Assembly: GCA_963764715.1 (NCBI GenBank) | Contig: CAVXTP010000021.1 | Location: 367,040 to 431,039, forward strand | Reading direction: 5' to 3' | DNA from: an uncultured Acidobacteriota bacterium | Lineage (GTDB): Bacteria > Acidobacteriota > Thermoanaerobaculia > UBA5066 > Gp7-AA6 | DNA length: 64,000 bases | Shown: positions 63,945 through 64,000 of the stretch, piece after piece | Layout of the letters: each line of letters opens with the position of its first letter | Position numbering within the stretch: position 1 is the stretch's first letter | Notes under the pieces: model-generated | Seen by the model: the letters and a program-made list of their open reading frames with translations, nothing else | The model's database searches: none | What the model was told of the DNA's origin: nothing | Made by a program: the position numbers and the translations under genes

Positions 63945-64000
63945 CGCGCGCGCGGCCTCGCCGCGCCAGCGCCGCGCGAACCGGTCGATCGCGACGCCGA

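Overview
Very GC-rich bacterial DNA; gene content and style suggest Acidobacteriota, possibly Thermoanaerobaculia (inference, no search run). Positions 1-52.8 kb are dominated by a minus-strand array of 20 secreted proteins. All but the window-truncated first gene end in a shared Cys-rich SLH-like module. Eighteen are paralogues of about 740-820 aa with the layout signal peptide, CSLREA-like cap, variable parallel beta-helix, Ig-like, IPT/TIG, three SLH-like repeats; one of these is cut by the window edge and one carries two frameshifts. Two others carry Gloeo_Verruco-type repeats on the same anchor, and two relics of collapsed copies lie between intact genes. An ECF sigma factor with the phospho-acceptor motif STTALVHEAY and a coupled membrane Ser/Thr kinase-TPR gene sit inside the array. 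A fixed-spacing bipartite motif (TGDCC-N14-TTGTCGAG, plus a CGCG variant) precedes seven array genes. A B12 radical SAM / PTPS-family pair also interrupts the array, and the PTPS 3' end is duplicated about 2 kb downstream around one repeat gene. Positions 53-64 kb are mostly ordinary genes: rlmN, an alpha/beta hydrolase lacking a canonical start, ferredoxin, MBL hydrolase, OsmC, Smr, GGDEF, CDGSH, a metallopeptidase + ATP-grasp pair and a chalcone isomerase-like protein. No rRNA, tRNA, CRISPR, integrase, transposase or reverse transcriptase was recognised. Family assignments come from motif recognition only.
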